Positions 25,162-33,704 of a DNA stretch of 45,298 nt are shown here, piece after piece. The DNA lies in the NCBI GenBank assembly GCA_964541595.1, contig CAZIRO010000003.1, positions 1-45,298 on the forward strand. Reading direction: 5' to 3'. The notes under the pieces are model-generated. The model saw only the letters and a list, made by a program, of their open reading frames with translations, had not been told where the DNA came from and ran no database searches. Position 1 is the first letter of the stretch. Every line of letters begins with the position of its first letter. Source of the DNA: an uncultured Acidobacteriota bacterium (GTDB lineage: Bacteria > Acidobacteriota > HRBIN11). Made by a program: the position numbers and the translations under genes.

Positions 25162-25190
25162 TTGCATATCCTGCAGATGCCGCCTATAAT
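25162..25190 (+). promoter_or_regulatory. Putative sigma70-type promoter of the rplM-rpsI operon (TTGCAT-17 nt-TATAAT)
   Basis: A consensus -10 and a 4/6 match at -35 with optimal spacing. It lies 265 nt upstream of rplM. Confidence 0.6.
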
Positions 25191-25286
25191 TGGATACGAA
25201 TCCCGCCGTGATCTCATGGATGCAGTTCTATCCCGACACGGGAAGGCTATATTACGTGGTCTACTGTCCGAAAAGGGGCATCATGA

Positions 25287-25356
25287 AGTGACGCGGAGTG
25301 ACGGCAGTGACGGGGTCGTCCGGCTGCGGGCGGCTCCGTCACTGATGATTTCTTTG
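25287..25356 (+). promoter_or_regulatory. Leader structure upstream of rplM: three tandem AGTGACG boxes and a terminator-like hairpin with a T-rich tail
   Basis: AGTGACG occurs at 25287, 25297 and 25306. The hairpin cagtgacgg…ccgtcactg (25305-25344) has a 9-bp perfect stem and is followed by atgatttctttgt. Confidence 0.4.
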
Positions 25357-25455
25357 TGGGATATACGAAACGGGAGCGTGTCCTGGAGCCGTTCGATGTG
25401 TCAGCACACATGACCGGCTGCAATCGACGAACGCCCTGCAGAGGAGTCGGACGAA

Positions 25456-25896
25456 ATGAAAACATATGTACCGAAACCGGCGGACATCCAGCGGAAATGG
25501 TGGGTGGTCGACGCCGGCGGACAGGTACTCGGACGTGTCGCCAGTGTGGTCGCACAACTGCTCATGGGGAAGCATAAACCGTACTATGTCCCGTATATGG
25601 ACGTCGGGGATTATGTCATCGTGATCAATGCGCGCAACGTCGTCCTCACGGGCCGTAAGGAACAGAATAAGGTCTACTACCGTCACAGCGGTTATCCCGG
25701 TGGCCTGAAAGCGGAAACGGCAGCACAGCTGCGTGCGCGTCATCCGGAACGGTTGATCGAACGCGCCGTTTCTGGCATGCTACCGAAGAATAAGTTGCGG
25801 AAGGTGTACCTGCGCAAGTTGAAGGTATACGCTGATGGGGTGCATCCGCATGCAGCGCAACAACCGGAACCCTATCCCCTGCAATCGCGTGCATGA
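25456..25896 (+). CDS. rplM: 50S ribosomal protein L13
   Basis: [20 protein letters not shown]…HSGYPGGLK is a typical L13 sequence. RBS gaggag. Confidence 0.97.
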   Translation: MKTYVPKPADIQRKWWVVDAGGQVLGRVASVVAQLLMGKHKPYYVPYMDVGDYVIVINARNVVLTGRKEQNKVYYRHSGYPGGLKAETAAQLRARHPERLIERAVSGMLPKNKLRKVYLRKLKVYADGVHPHAAQQPEPYPLQSRA

Positions 25897-25905
25897 GGTG
25901 TAACG

Positions 25906-26310
25906 ATGGCGGCAGCGGAATCGCTCATTCAATGGTACGGTACCGGACGCCGGAAACGCGCCGTCGCCCGGGTGTTTTTACGGCCGGGCAGTGGGAATAT
26001 CACGGTCAACGGACGTACGCTGGAAGAATATTTTCCCCGGCTATGGCATCGGGTCCGTGTGCGTGAGGCGTTGGTGCTGACCAACCTGGCCGATCAGTTT
26101 GACATTTACGCCACGGCACGCGGTGGCGGGGTCACCGGACAGGCGGATGCACTGCGTCTGGGCATTGCACGCGCGCTCGTTGCGTACAATCCAGAACTCC
26201 GGCCGTTGCTGAAAAAACACGGTTTACTGACGCGCGACCCGCGGGTGCATGAACGCAAAAAATACGGCCAGCCCGGCCGACGCAAACAGTATCAATACCA
26301 CAAACGGTGA
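25906..26310 (+). CDS. rpsI: 30S ribosomal protein S9
   Basis: …YGTGRRKRAVARV… with the C-terminal …GRRKQYQYHKR, characteristic of S9. Confidence 0.97.
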   Translation: MAAAESLIQWYGTGRRKRAVARVFLRPGSGNITVNGRTLEEYFPRLWHRVRVREALVLTNLADQFDIYATARGGGVTGQADALRLGIARALVAYNPELRPLLKKHGLLTRDPRVHERKKYGQPGRRKQYQYHKR

Positions 26311-26398
26311 ATGCCGGTGGAAGGGCATTCGGTGAGGACCATCGGATGCCATGTGTCAGAATCCAACCGGTTAATTCGTGTATGAAGGAGGCGTGACC

Positions 26399-27238
26399 TT
26401 GCCGGTAGAACTGACCATGCGTGAATTGCTCGAATCGGGAGTCCACTTCGGCCATCGTACCAGCCGGTGGAACCCGAAAATGAAACCCTTTATCTTCACG
26501 GAACGGAACGGCATTCACATTATTGACCTGCAGCAGACGCTCACACGATTCCGTGAGGCCATTGCCTTCGTAACGCATATTGCCGCCGAGGGGCAGCAAG
26601 TTCTGTTTGTTGGTACCAAACGCCAGGCGCAGGAAATCGTTCAGCACGAGGCTGAACGTTGCGGTATGCCGTATGTCATCCACCGCTGGCCCGGTGGCCT
26701 GCTGACCAATTTTGAAACAATTCGGAAAAGTATCGAAAAATATAAAGGCATCAAACAGATGCGGGAAAATGAAGAAACATGGAGTCGATTGACCAAAAAG
26801 GAACAATCGCGCATTGACAAATACCTGCAACGGAAAGCGAAACTGTACGAGGGTATCCTCCACATGGACCGTCTACCGGGGGCGTTGTACGTCATCGACA
26901 CGGAAAAAGAACACATCGCCGTGCGCGAGGCGAACAAGCTCGGTATACCGGTCGTGGCGATCCTCGATACGAACTGCGATCCGGAACCGATTCAATACCC
27001 CATCCCCGGCAATGATGACGCCATTCGGTCGATTCGACTCTTTACTTCCCGAATCGCCGACGCCATTATCGAAGGCCGCACCATTTATGAACAACAACTG
27101 GCAGAAGCGGCTGCGGCAGAACAGGAAGGCGTCTCCGAAGAAGCCGCCGGTGCATTCGGCATGGATATTGAGCGCTATGAGGAATATGAGGAACAGTTCG
27201 AGGAACTCGAAGAGGAAGAACCCTCTGCCGTGTCTTAA
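26399..27238 (+). CDS. rpsB: 30S ribosomal protein S2, with an acidic C-terminal tail
   Basis: …[22 protein letters not shown]… is typical of S2. The start was set to TTG 26399, 7 nt after aaggagg. The track start is GTG 26378. Confidence 0.93.
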   Translation: MPVELTMRELLESGVHFGHRTSRWNPKMKPFIFTERNGIHIIDLQQTLTRFREAIAFVTHIAAEGQQVLFVGTKRQAQEIVQHEAERCGMPYVIHRWPGGLLTNFETIRKSIEKYKGIKQMRENEETWSRLTKKEQSRIDKYLQRKAKLYEGILHMDRLPGALYVIDTEKEHIAVREANKLGIPVVAILDTNCDPEPIQYPIPGNDDAIRSIRLFTSRIADAIIEGRTIYEQQLAEAAAAEQEGVSEEAAGAFGMDIERYEEYEEQFEELEEEEPSAVS

Positions 27239-27275
27239 CGAGGGTTGCCCACGCGCATAAGGAGATGACACCACA

Positions 27276-27884
27276 ATGGACAAAAAAGAACTGATGCAGA
27301 AGATCCGCGCGTTGCGCGATGAGACCGGAATCAGCTTTATGGAAATCCGCAAAGCACTGGAAGCCGCCAACGGCGATATGGATGAAGCCCGCAAGATCCT
27401 GCGCCAGCGCGGTATCCAGATCGCGGCGAAAAAGGCGCACCGTGAAGCACGCGAGGGTTTGATCGGTGCATATATCCATTTCAGCGGTCGGCTGGGATCT
27501 CTGGTGGAGGTCAACTGCGAGACAGATTTCGTTGCCCGGACACCAGAATTCAAGCAACTCGTCGACGAAATTGCGCTGCAGGTTGCCGGTATGATGCCCC
27601 GCTATATTCGACGCGAAGATGTACCGGAATCGGAGATCCAGCGATTGCGGACCGAATTCGAGGAGACGATCGCCGGTGACATTCCGGAAGCACATCGCGA
27701 ACAGGCGTGGCAGCGATACCTGGAGCGATTCTATTCGGAAACATGCCTCTTAGAGCAACCGTTGATCAGGGACCAGAGCCGAACCGTACGGGATCTGGTG
27801 ACGGAAGCCATCACGAAACTCGGAGAAAACATTGTCATCCGTCGATTCATCCGGTTTGAACTCGGGGAAGACGCCGATACATAG
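27276..27884 (+). CDS. tsf: Elongation factor Ts (short form, about 200 aa)
   Basis: …IRALRDETGISFMEIRKALEAANGDMDEARKILRQRG… is the UBA-like N-terminus of EF-Ts, and the gene follows rpsB. Confidence 0.95.
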   Translation: MDKKELMQKIRALRDETGISFMEIRKALEAANGDMDEARKILRQRGIQIAAKKAHREAREGLIGAYIHFSGRLGSLVEVNCETDFVARTPEFKQLVDEIALQVAGMMPRYIRREDVPESEIQRLRTEFEETIAGDIPEAHREQAWQRYLERFYSETCLLEQPLIRDQSRTVRDLVTEAITKLGENIVIRRFIRFELGEDADT

Positions 27885-27957
27885 TCCCTCTCAGCCACTG
27901 GAATAGACGGTTGAACAACGCATCCCCGGATTTCTGATGTGACGCGTGGAGGCAACG

Positions 27958-28692
27958 TTGTACCGCCGAATTCTTTTAAAACTCAGCGGGGAAGCGTTTC
28001 GGGGCCAGCAGCCGTACGGCATTGATTACCAGTTTCTGGACTACATTGCGAACGAGATCCGTACGGTGCACGAACTGGGTGTTCAGATCGCCATCGTGGT
28101 CGGCGGCGGGAACCTCTTACGCGGCAGTGAAGCGGCCCTGAAAGGTGTCGACCGTGCAATGGCGGACTATATGGGCATGCTGGCGACCCTGATCAACGCA
28201 CTGGCATTGCAGAGTGTGCTGGAACATCACGGGATCGTGACCCGCTGCCAGTCTGCACTGGAACTGAAAGAAGTCGCCGAACCGTTCATTCCCCGACGTG
28301 CGATCCGGCACCTGGAAAAGGGGCGCATTGTCATCTTCGCAACGGGCACGGGGAATCCCTTCTTTTCGACCGACACGGCGGCGGCCCTGCGCGCGCTGGA
28401 GATTAAGGCTGAAATTCTGCTGAAAGCCACAAAAGTCGAGGGGATCTATACGGAAGACCCCCTGCGCAGTACGCATGCCCAGAAGATCGAACATGTGACC
28501 TACCAGGAATTCCTCCAACAGGGTCTGCGGGTGATGGACTCCACTGCCGTTTCCCTGTGTATGGAACACAATCTACCCATTGTCGTCTTCAACATCTGGC
28601 AGCCGGGGAACATCCTGCGCATCGTTCAGGGAGAGCATATCGGATCTACGATCGGCCCTCGTCCGAATGTGACGCATCGGCCTCCATCCTGA
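27958..28692 (+). CDS. pyrH: UMP kinase
   Basis: YRRILLKLSGEAF…VVGGGN…FSTDTAAALRA. The start is TTG 27958, 5 nt after ggagg. GTG 27946 is an alternative start. Confidence 0.93.
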   Translation: MYRRILLKLSGEAFRGQQPYGIDYQFLDYIANEIRTVHELGVQIAIVVGGGNLLRGSEAALKGVDRAMADYMGMLATLINALALQSVLEHHGIVTRCQSALELKEVAEPFIPRRAIRHLEKGRIVIFATGTGNPFFSTDTAAALRALEIKAEILLKATKVEGIYTEDPLRSTHAQKIEHVTYQEFLQQGLRVMDSTAVSLCMEHNLPIVVFNIWQPGNILRIVQGEHIGSTIGPRPNVTHRPPS

Positions 28693-29185
28693 CATCTGAC
28701 CCATTCGCTTCCCCTGCGGATGCATTCCTGGGCCGTACCACCGGGATGACGACGGACCCCGGCGCAGGGGTTTCAACGGCAGCAGTCGCGGACTGCAGGA
28801 TTTCGTTCATGAACGCACCGAGATCCAGTTGATACGACTGCGTCACATCCAGTATGGTTTCCATTCCCCGAACGGCACATGTACTGCATCCCGTAATGTT
28901 GTAATGGGCAAAGACCGTTTGCGCTGCTGGCACGCGCTGCATGACTTCATCCACGGTCATGAATGGGGAGATGGTCACACGACCGTCCCGATATAAACGG
29001 TCCCAGAACAGGGCCTCGACGATGCGCGCCGTTTGTCGCTGTTCCCGCTGGAATTCATCCAGCCACTGGCGCAATTGAAAATCGAGCCGTTCGGTAAAAA
29101 ACCGCAGTCTCCCCACACGTCGCCACAATGCAACGACCAGTACGAGTAACACACTCCACAGTACCCATGGTACAATCCCGGGCAT
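28646..29185 (-). CDS. Membrane-anchored protein with a DUF1858-like domain (hybrid-cluster-protein-associated redox disulfide type)
   Basis: An N-terminal TM helix (IVPWVLWSVLLVLVVALW) is followed by TISPFMTVDEVMQRVPAAQTVFAHYNITGCSTCAVRGMETILDV, which matches my recollection of the DUF1858 pattern. I trimmed the ORF to ATG 29185. Its 3' end overlaps pyrH by 47 nt. Confidence 0.55.
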   Translation of the reverse strand: MPGIVPWVLWSVLLVLVVALWRRVGRLRFFTERLDFQLRQWLDEFQREQRQTARIVEALFWDRLYRDGRVTISPFMTVDEVMQRVPAAQTVFAHYNITGCSTCAVRGMETILDVTQSYQLDLGAFMNEILQSATAAVETPAPGSVVIPVVRPRNASAGEANGSDVRMEADASHSDEGRS

Positions 29186-29304
29186 GGTTGAACTCCATTT
29201 CAGAAGATGGACAGGTCCACTCCCCTCCGGGAATCGAAACGGCAACGCGGATCCTGCCAACCGTCCTGGATCCCGGGGCAGTCCGATCCCGGCGTCCCCG
29301 TATG

Positions 29305-30765
29305 TCATTGAATATACCCCAAAGCCCGGAGCTGTTCCAGCATCTCGGGGTGATCGCGCAAATTCATCCCCCGGATCACCCGATCCATCCACAACTGCGG
29401 GCCCTCGGTATCCGCTCCGATGCGCAGCCGCCGCCGTAGTCCCGAGGCCACAATGTGCGTGATCAAAAACCGCTCCAGTCGCGTGGCCACGTCTGATCTG
29501 TGGCGAAAGAGGTTGTGTCTTTCTCGCGGATCCCGCACGATCTGGAAGAGATACCGTTCGCGCCCGTGCAGGATCAGTTTCCAGGGGAAACGTACAATGG
29601 CACCGGGAATCGGCGCATGCGCACCTTCGATGAAAATACGACGTTGGCCGGGGACAGGCGGACCGCTGCCCGGAAACAGGTACGGTCGTAAACTCGTTCC
29701 CCGCAGGGGAATCGGTGGTGGAATGCCGACGAGATCCAGTAACGTCGGCACAATATCGAGATTCTGCACGGCCCTACGGATGACACGTCCCGGCCGGGGC
29801 AGGTTCGGCACATACCAGACCAGCGGTACGCGAACCTCCGTATTGAAATAACTCCGACCATGGCCGATATGCCCGTGCTCACCAAATGATTCCCCGTGAT
29901 CAGCGTTGATCACGATGATCGTGCGTCGTAACATCCCCGTCTGTTCGAGAAATCGCCACAGACGCCATAGATGGTGATCTACCCAGAAGAGCATCTCATC
30001 ATACAGGGCGATTAAATACGCTTTCTCCTCCCGCGATAGCGTCCGGTCTCCGCGATAGAACGCGTGAATCAACTTGCGACTGATATTGATGTCAAGCGTT
30101 TGACGGGTGAATAGGTGGCGCGCAGGTGTGTGTAAACGACCATACGGATAGTGGGCGTCGTTGGAAAAGATGAACGCAAAAAAGGGTTGCCGGCGGGATC
30201 GGCGAATTTCCTGAAAGAGCAACTGGAATTTCTTACCCAGATTCCCCTGCACATAATGGAACACGTCCCAGCCCTGACGGAACCCCGTGGGTTCACCCAC
30301 GAACCCGCCAACGACGGCAATGGTATGATATCCGTGTCGTTGCAGTATTTCCGAAATTAACGTGTCGTCCGGTAATACACCGGGAAAATGAAATACCATG
30401 TTCCTGCTGACCTTGCGGGTTCGAAACACGAGTTCGCTCACCGACCGGGAAGAGAGCATGGAGGACACGGACGGAAGCGTCCAGGGCGCCTGCGCGAAAT
30501 TCCACCGGAATCGCACACCCCGTTGGGCAATGAACTCCAGTATGGGCGATGTTTTCCGGGTATAGCCGTAAGCCGACAGGTGATCGGCGCGAACGGAACA
30601 GAGGGTGATCCAGACGATGTTGTACCGTTCCGGCGTGCCAATGGGGGATACCCGGTGGTCACGCATCCGGGAAGTGCCCCACCACAGAACCCATACACCC
30701 GTAACGAGAAGCATCCCGATACCGATGCCTCGAATCACGCGCGTCCTGGACCACATGGACTTCAC
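29305..30765 (-). CDS. Sulfatase / alkaline-phosphatase-superfamily protein, membrane anchored
   Basis: N-terminal TM helix; NIVWITLCSVRADHLSAYGY and VINADHGESFGEHGHIGHG are sulfatase-family motifs. Confidence 0.8.
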   Translation of the reverse strand: MKSMWSRTRVIRGIGIGMLLVTGVWVLWWGTSRMRDHRVSPIGTPERYNIVWITLCSVRADHLSAYGYTRKTSPILEFIAQRGVRFRWNFAQAPWTLPSVSSMLSSRSVSELVFRTRKVSRNMVFHFPGVLPDDTLISEILQRHGYHTIAVVGGFVGEPTGFRQGWDVFHYVQGNLGKKFQLLFQEIRRSRRQPFFAFIFSNDAHYPYGRLHTPARHLFTRQTLDINISRKLIHAFYRGDRTLSREEKAYLIALYDEMLFWVDHHLWRLWRFLEQTGMLRRTIIVINADHGESFGEHGHIGHGRSYFNTEVRVPLVWYVPNLPRPGRVIRRAVQNLDIVPTLLDLVGIPPPIPLRGTSLRPYLFPGSGPPVPGQRRIFIEGAHAPIPGAIVRFPWKLILHGRERYLFQIVRDPRERHNLFRHRSDVATRLERFLITHIVASGLRRRLRIGADTEGPQLWMDRVIRGMNLRDHPEMLEQLRALGYIQ

Positions 30766-30825
30766 TCCGGAGATCCATTAGGATAGATGCACGTTCGGAT
30801 ATCGCAAAGCATCTTTCATTCGATC

Positions 30826-30948
30826 ATGTACTGTCCCCGTTGTAAGGTCAAAATGAAAGAACAAAAACGTACGTTTCACAAACGGAGAAAATGGATCTGC
30901 CCCCGCTGTGGCAAAGTGCGTTTTCAACATAAAAAGAAACCACGATAA
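30826..30948 (+). CDS. Candidate 40-aa basic zinc-ribbon mini-protein (MYCPRCKVKMKEQKRTFHKRRKWICPRCGKVRFQHKKKPR)
   Basis: It is not in the ORF track because it is under 60 aa. Two CPRC knuckles lie 18 residues apart and 16 of 40 residues are Lys or Arg. It sits in a 234-bp lower-GC gap between two minus-strand genes. The stop is followed by the hairpin aatgctttcagcatt. No clear Shine-Dalgarno sequence is present. Confidence 0.4.
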   Translation: MYCPRCKVKMKEQKRTFHKRRKWICPRCGKVRFQHKKKPR

Positions 30949-30999
30949 TGCTTTCAGCATTGCCCTGTCCCTCCGATTCGGCATCGCACGTTTCCGCGA

Positions 31000-32415
31000 T
31001 CATGGCGTGATATCTGCTGTATGCACAGACCATATCCAGTGATCCGCAGGACAGGCCGCCGGCGGCGCCGGGGGAGGCATGCCCGGATGACGGAGGGATA
31101 TGTCCACCTGCCCGGCAGATTCGATTTTTCCGTTCACATATAATCCCCCCACGATGTGCACCTGAACGTTCGTCCATGGGATGTTCCACCGTATCGGACC
31201 ATTCAGGAAGTATTGCCCCATCCACGGAAGGGTATGCGGACGACCTCCCGACCATCGAACGATGGTGGCACCGTGATGCAGCACGATCAACACAGGTGCG
31301 TCCGGAACCACCATCGGCGGTACGGTTTGAAGCGGCAGCACCAGTATGCCGGGGTCGTTGCCGGGATGGACGATCCATAGATACCCCGGGTGCCATGCAC
31401 GCCCTGGGTGCTGCATGCAGGGGACACGCAGGGTCCCCCGCAATTCAAAACGGCCTTCGATGTAAACGATCCCGTTCCAGCCGGGCCATGGGCTCCCCGG
31501 GGAACCATCAAACGGAAACAACGGTACGTCCCGATACACAGGTCCCGAACCCTGACAGACGTCCCATTCGTTCAGATCGAATACATACCACCCATCGACA
31601 TCAAATAATCGGCGAATTTGTGCCTGATAGGTTGCGGTGCCCTCCGGTCCCAGATACAATCCGATGGCGTGCTCCGGTCCGCAGACGCTGCGTTTCTGGG
31701 TCGCCCGTTTCCATACCGTCCAGTCGTTCCAGAGGGTCCATGCGGGGAATGATGGGATCGGGTGTACCTGACCGGCAGCCATCGTATCGGGGATCCGTAC
31801 ATCATTGACATGCCAGACCTCACCCTGCCAGCGTGCCGATAACCGCAGGTGGTTTTCCGAAAATGTTCGACCGAATACAATGCGTCCGAACGGCGGCAGC
31901 TGAACCCGAAGGGGTCCCTGCGTCTGTGGCCCGATCTCGAGCAGGAACGCACCGAGAGGAAACGGTTGAAACGTCGTCTCCAACAACGACTGACTTTCCC
32001 GATCCCGATACCACAGTACCGTTGCCACATGGGGCGGCGGCGTCGCGAACGGCGGACGGGAAAAGGCCCAGACAAACACGTCAGCCGGTCGTGTATACCC
32101 TTCCGGTACCGGGACGTCCTCCGGTATCAGGACCCATGCGTCGTCCATCCGCCGATACTGCGTCGGGTCCCGTAAAAAGCGCCGCATCCCCCGGTCCGGA
32201 ATCCGGTGATGCCGATAGAGTAGCCAGCGGCTTGTATACCCGGCCCACCGGATCGCCTGCATCCGCTGCCGCCATGCGATATACACCTGTCCATGGCGCA
32301 GTTGCCACGTCAGAAGTAACGCATACAGACCGATGATGCCGACACCGAGGATCACGATCACCAGAAGGACCATCTGGCCGCGAGAATATGGTTTCACAAC
32401 GGATGCTCTCCCCAT
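31000..32415 (-). CDS. Hypothetical membrane-anchored or exported protein of about 470 aa
   Basis: An N-terminal anchor (QMVLLVIVILGVGIIGLYALLL) is followed by a Trp/Pro-rich soluble part. No family recognised. The start is ambiguous between ATG 32415 and ATG 32373. Confidence 0.6.
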   Translation of the reverse strand: MGRASVVKPYSRGQMVLLVIVILGVGIIGLYALLLTWQLRHGQVYIAWRQRMQAIRWAGYTSRWLLYRHHRIPDRGMRRFLRDPTQYRRMDDAWVLIPEDVPVPEGYTRPADVFVWAFSRPPFATPPPHVATVLWYRDRESQSLLETTFQPFPLGAFLLEIGPQTQGPLRVQLPPFGRIVFGRTFSENHLRLSARWQGEVWHVNDVRIPDTMAAGQVHPIPSFPAWTLWNDWTVWKRATQKRSVCGPEHAIGLYLGPEGTATYQAQIRRLFDVDGWYVFDLNEWDVCQGSGPVYRDVPLFPFDGSPGSPWPGWNGIVYIEGRFELRGTLRVPCMQHPGRAWHPGYLWIVHPGNDPGILVLPLQTVPPMVVPDAPVLIVLHHGATIVRWSGGRPHTLPWMGQYFLNGPIRWNIPWTNVQVHIVGGLYVNGKIESAGQVDISLRHPGMPPPAPPAACPADHWIWSVHTADITP

Positions 32416-33704
32416 CCCAACGGGATGCCCTCGGGAATTGCGCCGATCCAGCGGGGATGACAGAATACCACGCGGCCGGTTCGAATCACACATCCGATGC
32501 GTCGGAGATCCCGAACGGATCGCAAATGCCGCGTGCGCAGGATCACGAGATCCGCCGGACTACCGGGCTGAAGCGGCGTCGGCCACTCGAGGATCCTGTA
32601 CGGTGTCCAGCACGCTGCCCGAACGATCTCAGCGAGCGGCAAACCCGCACGCGCCAGCCAGGACAACTCCCAGTGAAAACTCCAGCCGGGAGGCGTATGC
32701 ACGTTGGGTACATCCGTACCCACACCGAGGACCACACCGTGGCGATGTGCCAGTCGGACAACACCCAGTATCTTATGCAATACGGAGCGATACTTCTGCC
32801 GTCGATCCGGTGCCATTCGATACGATCGGGCGGCCCACTTCCGGCGCATCCAGGTCGGCATATGACGCTCCCCGGGGCTCGCGGACTGCACCGCAACGCC
32901 ATGGACCACGATCGTCGGTACCCATATCGTTCCCCGGGCCGCCATGGCATCGAATATCCGCCGCAACCGATCGTGTTGGATATTTACGGCCGCCCAGAAG
33001 GCAAAATCCCGTTCTGGCCACGGCAACCGGTCGACCCGGACGGCCCATTTTCGGGGCAGTAAACGGTCCACCGTACCGAACCGAATGTGTTCAAGAGAGT
33101 CCAGCCCCCATGCGATCGCATCCCGCACGGGGACACGACCCAGATGGGCCATGACCCGCAGATTCCGTGCATGGGACGCCTGAATGAGCGTGCGCAATAG
33201 CGATGCGGTCAAACGCCGATACGCTTTGACCCACCGGACGCCATGCGCCACATGGGCGTCCAGGACCGCTTCGATGTCGGCCACACTGCGGACGACGACA
33301 CTGATCCGTGGCCAGCGCGGCGGATCGCCGTCGATCAGCGGTCCTGCAGCGGCAAATCGGGGGAGCACCGCAATATCCGCACGCGATCGGACCCGCGCGA
33401 TAGCCTCCCATGCTGTCCCGGCCTCACGAATTCCCGTGATACCCCAGCGAATGAGATCCGATAGACACTCGGGGTAGCGCAGGATGTGCGTATGCAGATC
33501 AACATACCCCGGCAACACGATCGCGCCACGCCCGTTCAGGACCGGCACAGGCGGCGATTCCGACTTACCCGTGGGGCGAATCGCGCCGATCGTACCATCC
33601 GATGTCACGTGGATATCCATCAGGCGATCCGAGGGAACACCGTGCGGCGTGACCGGACGGACGTGTTGTACAATCCAGACCGTTCGGTGATGACGCACAT
33701 TCAC
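32394..33704 (-). CDS. Metal-dependent amidohydrolase-superfamily protein
   Basis: …AIVLPGYVDLHTHIL… is the amidohydrolase HxH metal site, and the length fits. GTG 33704 overlaps the bcp stop as GTGA. The longer track ORF would overlap bcp. Confidence 0.8.
   Translation of the reverse strand: MNVRHHRTVWIVQHVRPVTPHGVPSDRLMDIHVTSDGTIGAIRPTGKSESPPVPVLNGRGAIVLPGYVDLHTHILRYPECLSDLIRWGITGIREAGTAWEAIARVRSRADIAVLPRFAAAGPLIDGDPPRWPRISVVVRSVADIEAVLDAHVAHGVRWVKAYRRLTASLLRTLIQASHARNLRVMAHLGRVPVRDAIAWGLDSLEHIRFGTVDRLLPRKWAVRVDRLPWPERDFAFWAAVNIQHDRLRRIFDAMAARGTIWVPTIVVHGVAVQSASPGERHMPTWMRRKWAARSYRMAPDRRQKYRSVLHKILGVVRLAHRHGVVLGVGTDVPNVHTPPGWSFHWELSWLARAGLPLAEIVRAACWTPYRILEWPTPLQPGSPADLVILRTRHLRSVRDLRRIGCVIRTGRVVFCHPRWIGAIPEGIPLGWGEHPL

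Noticed and set aside
25162-25413. An 83-aa + strand ORF between the repeat and rplM
   Set aside because: It starts inside the predicted -35 box, uses rare codons (cta, ata, tta) and overlaps the hairpin-rich leader. It is more plausibly untranslated leader RNA.
30778-30984. A 68-aa minus-strand ORF in the gap between 30765 and 31000
   Set aside because: It has no motif and no RBS. The + strand 40-codon CPRC…CPRC ORF explains the region better, although that ORF is itself only moderate confidence.
30955-30990. The short stretch tgccctgtccctccgattcggcatcgca, which resembles pieces of the repeat family (cctgtccc, ggcatcgca)
   Set aside because: The motif order and spacing do not match any part of the full copies. 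The matches are too short to distinguish from chance in GC-rich DNA.
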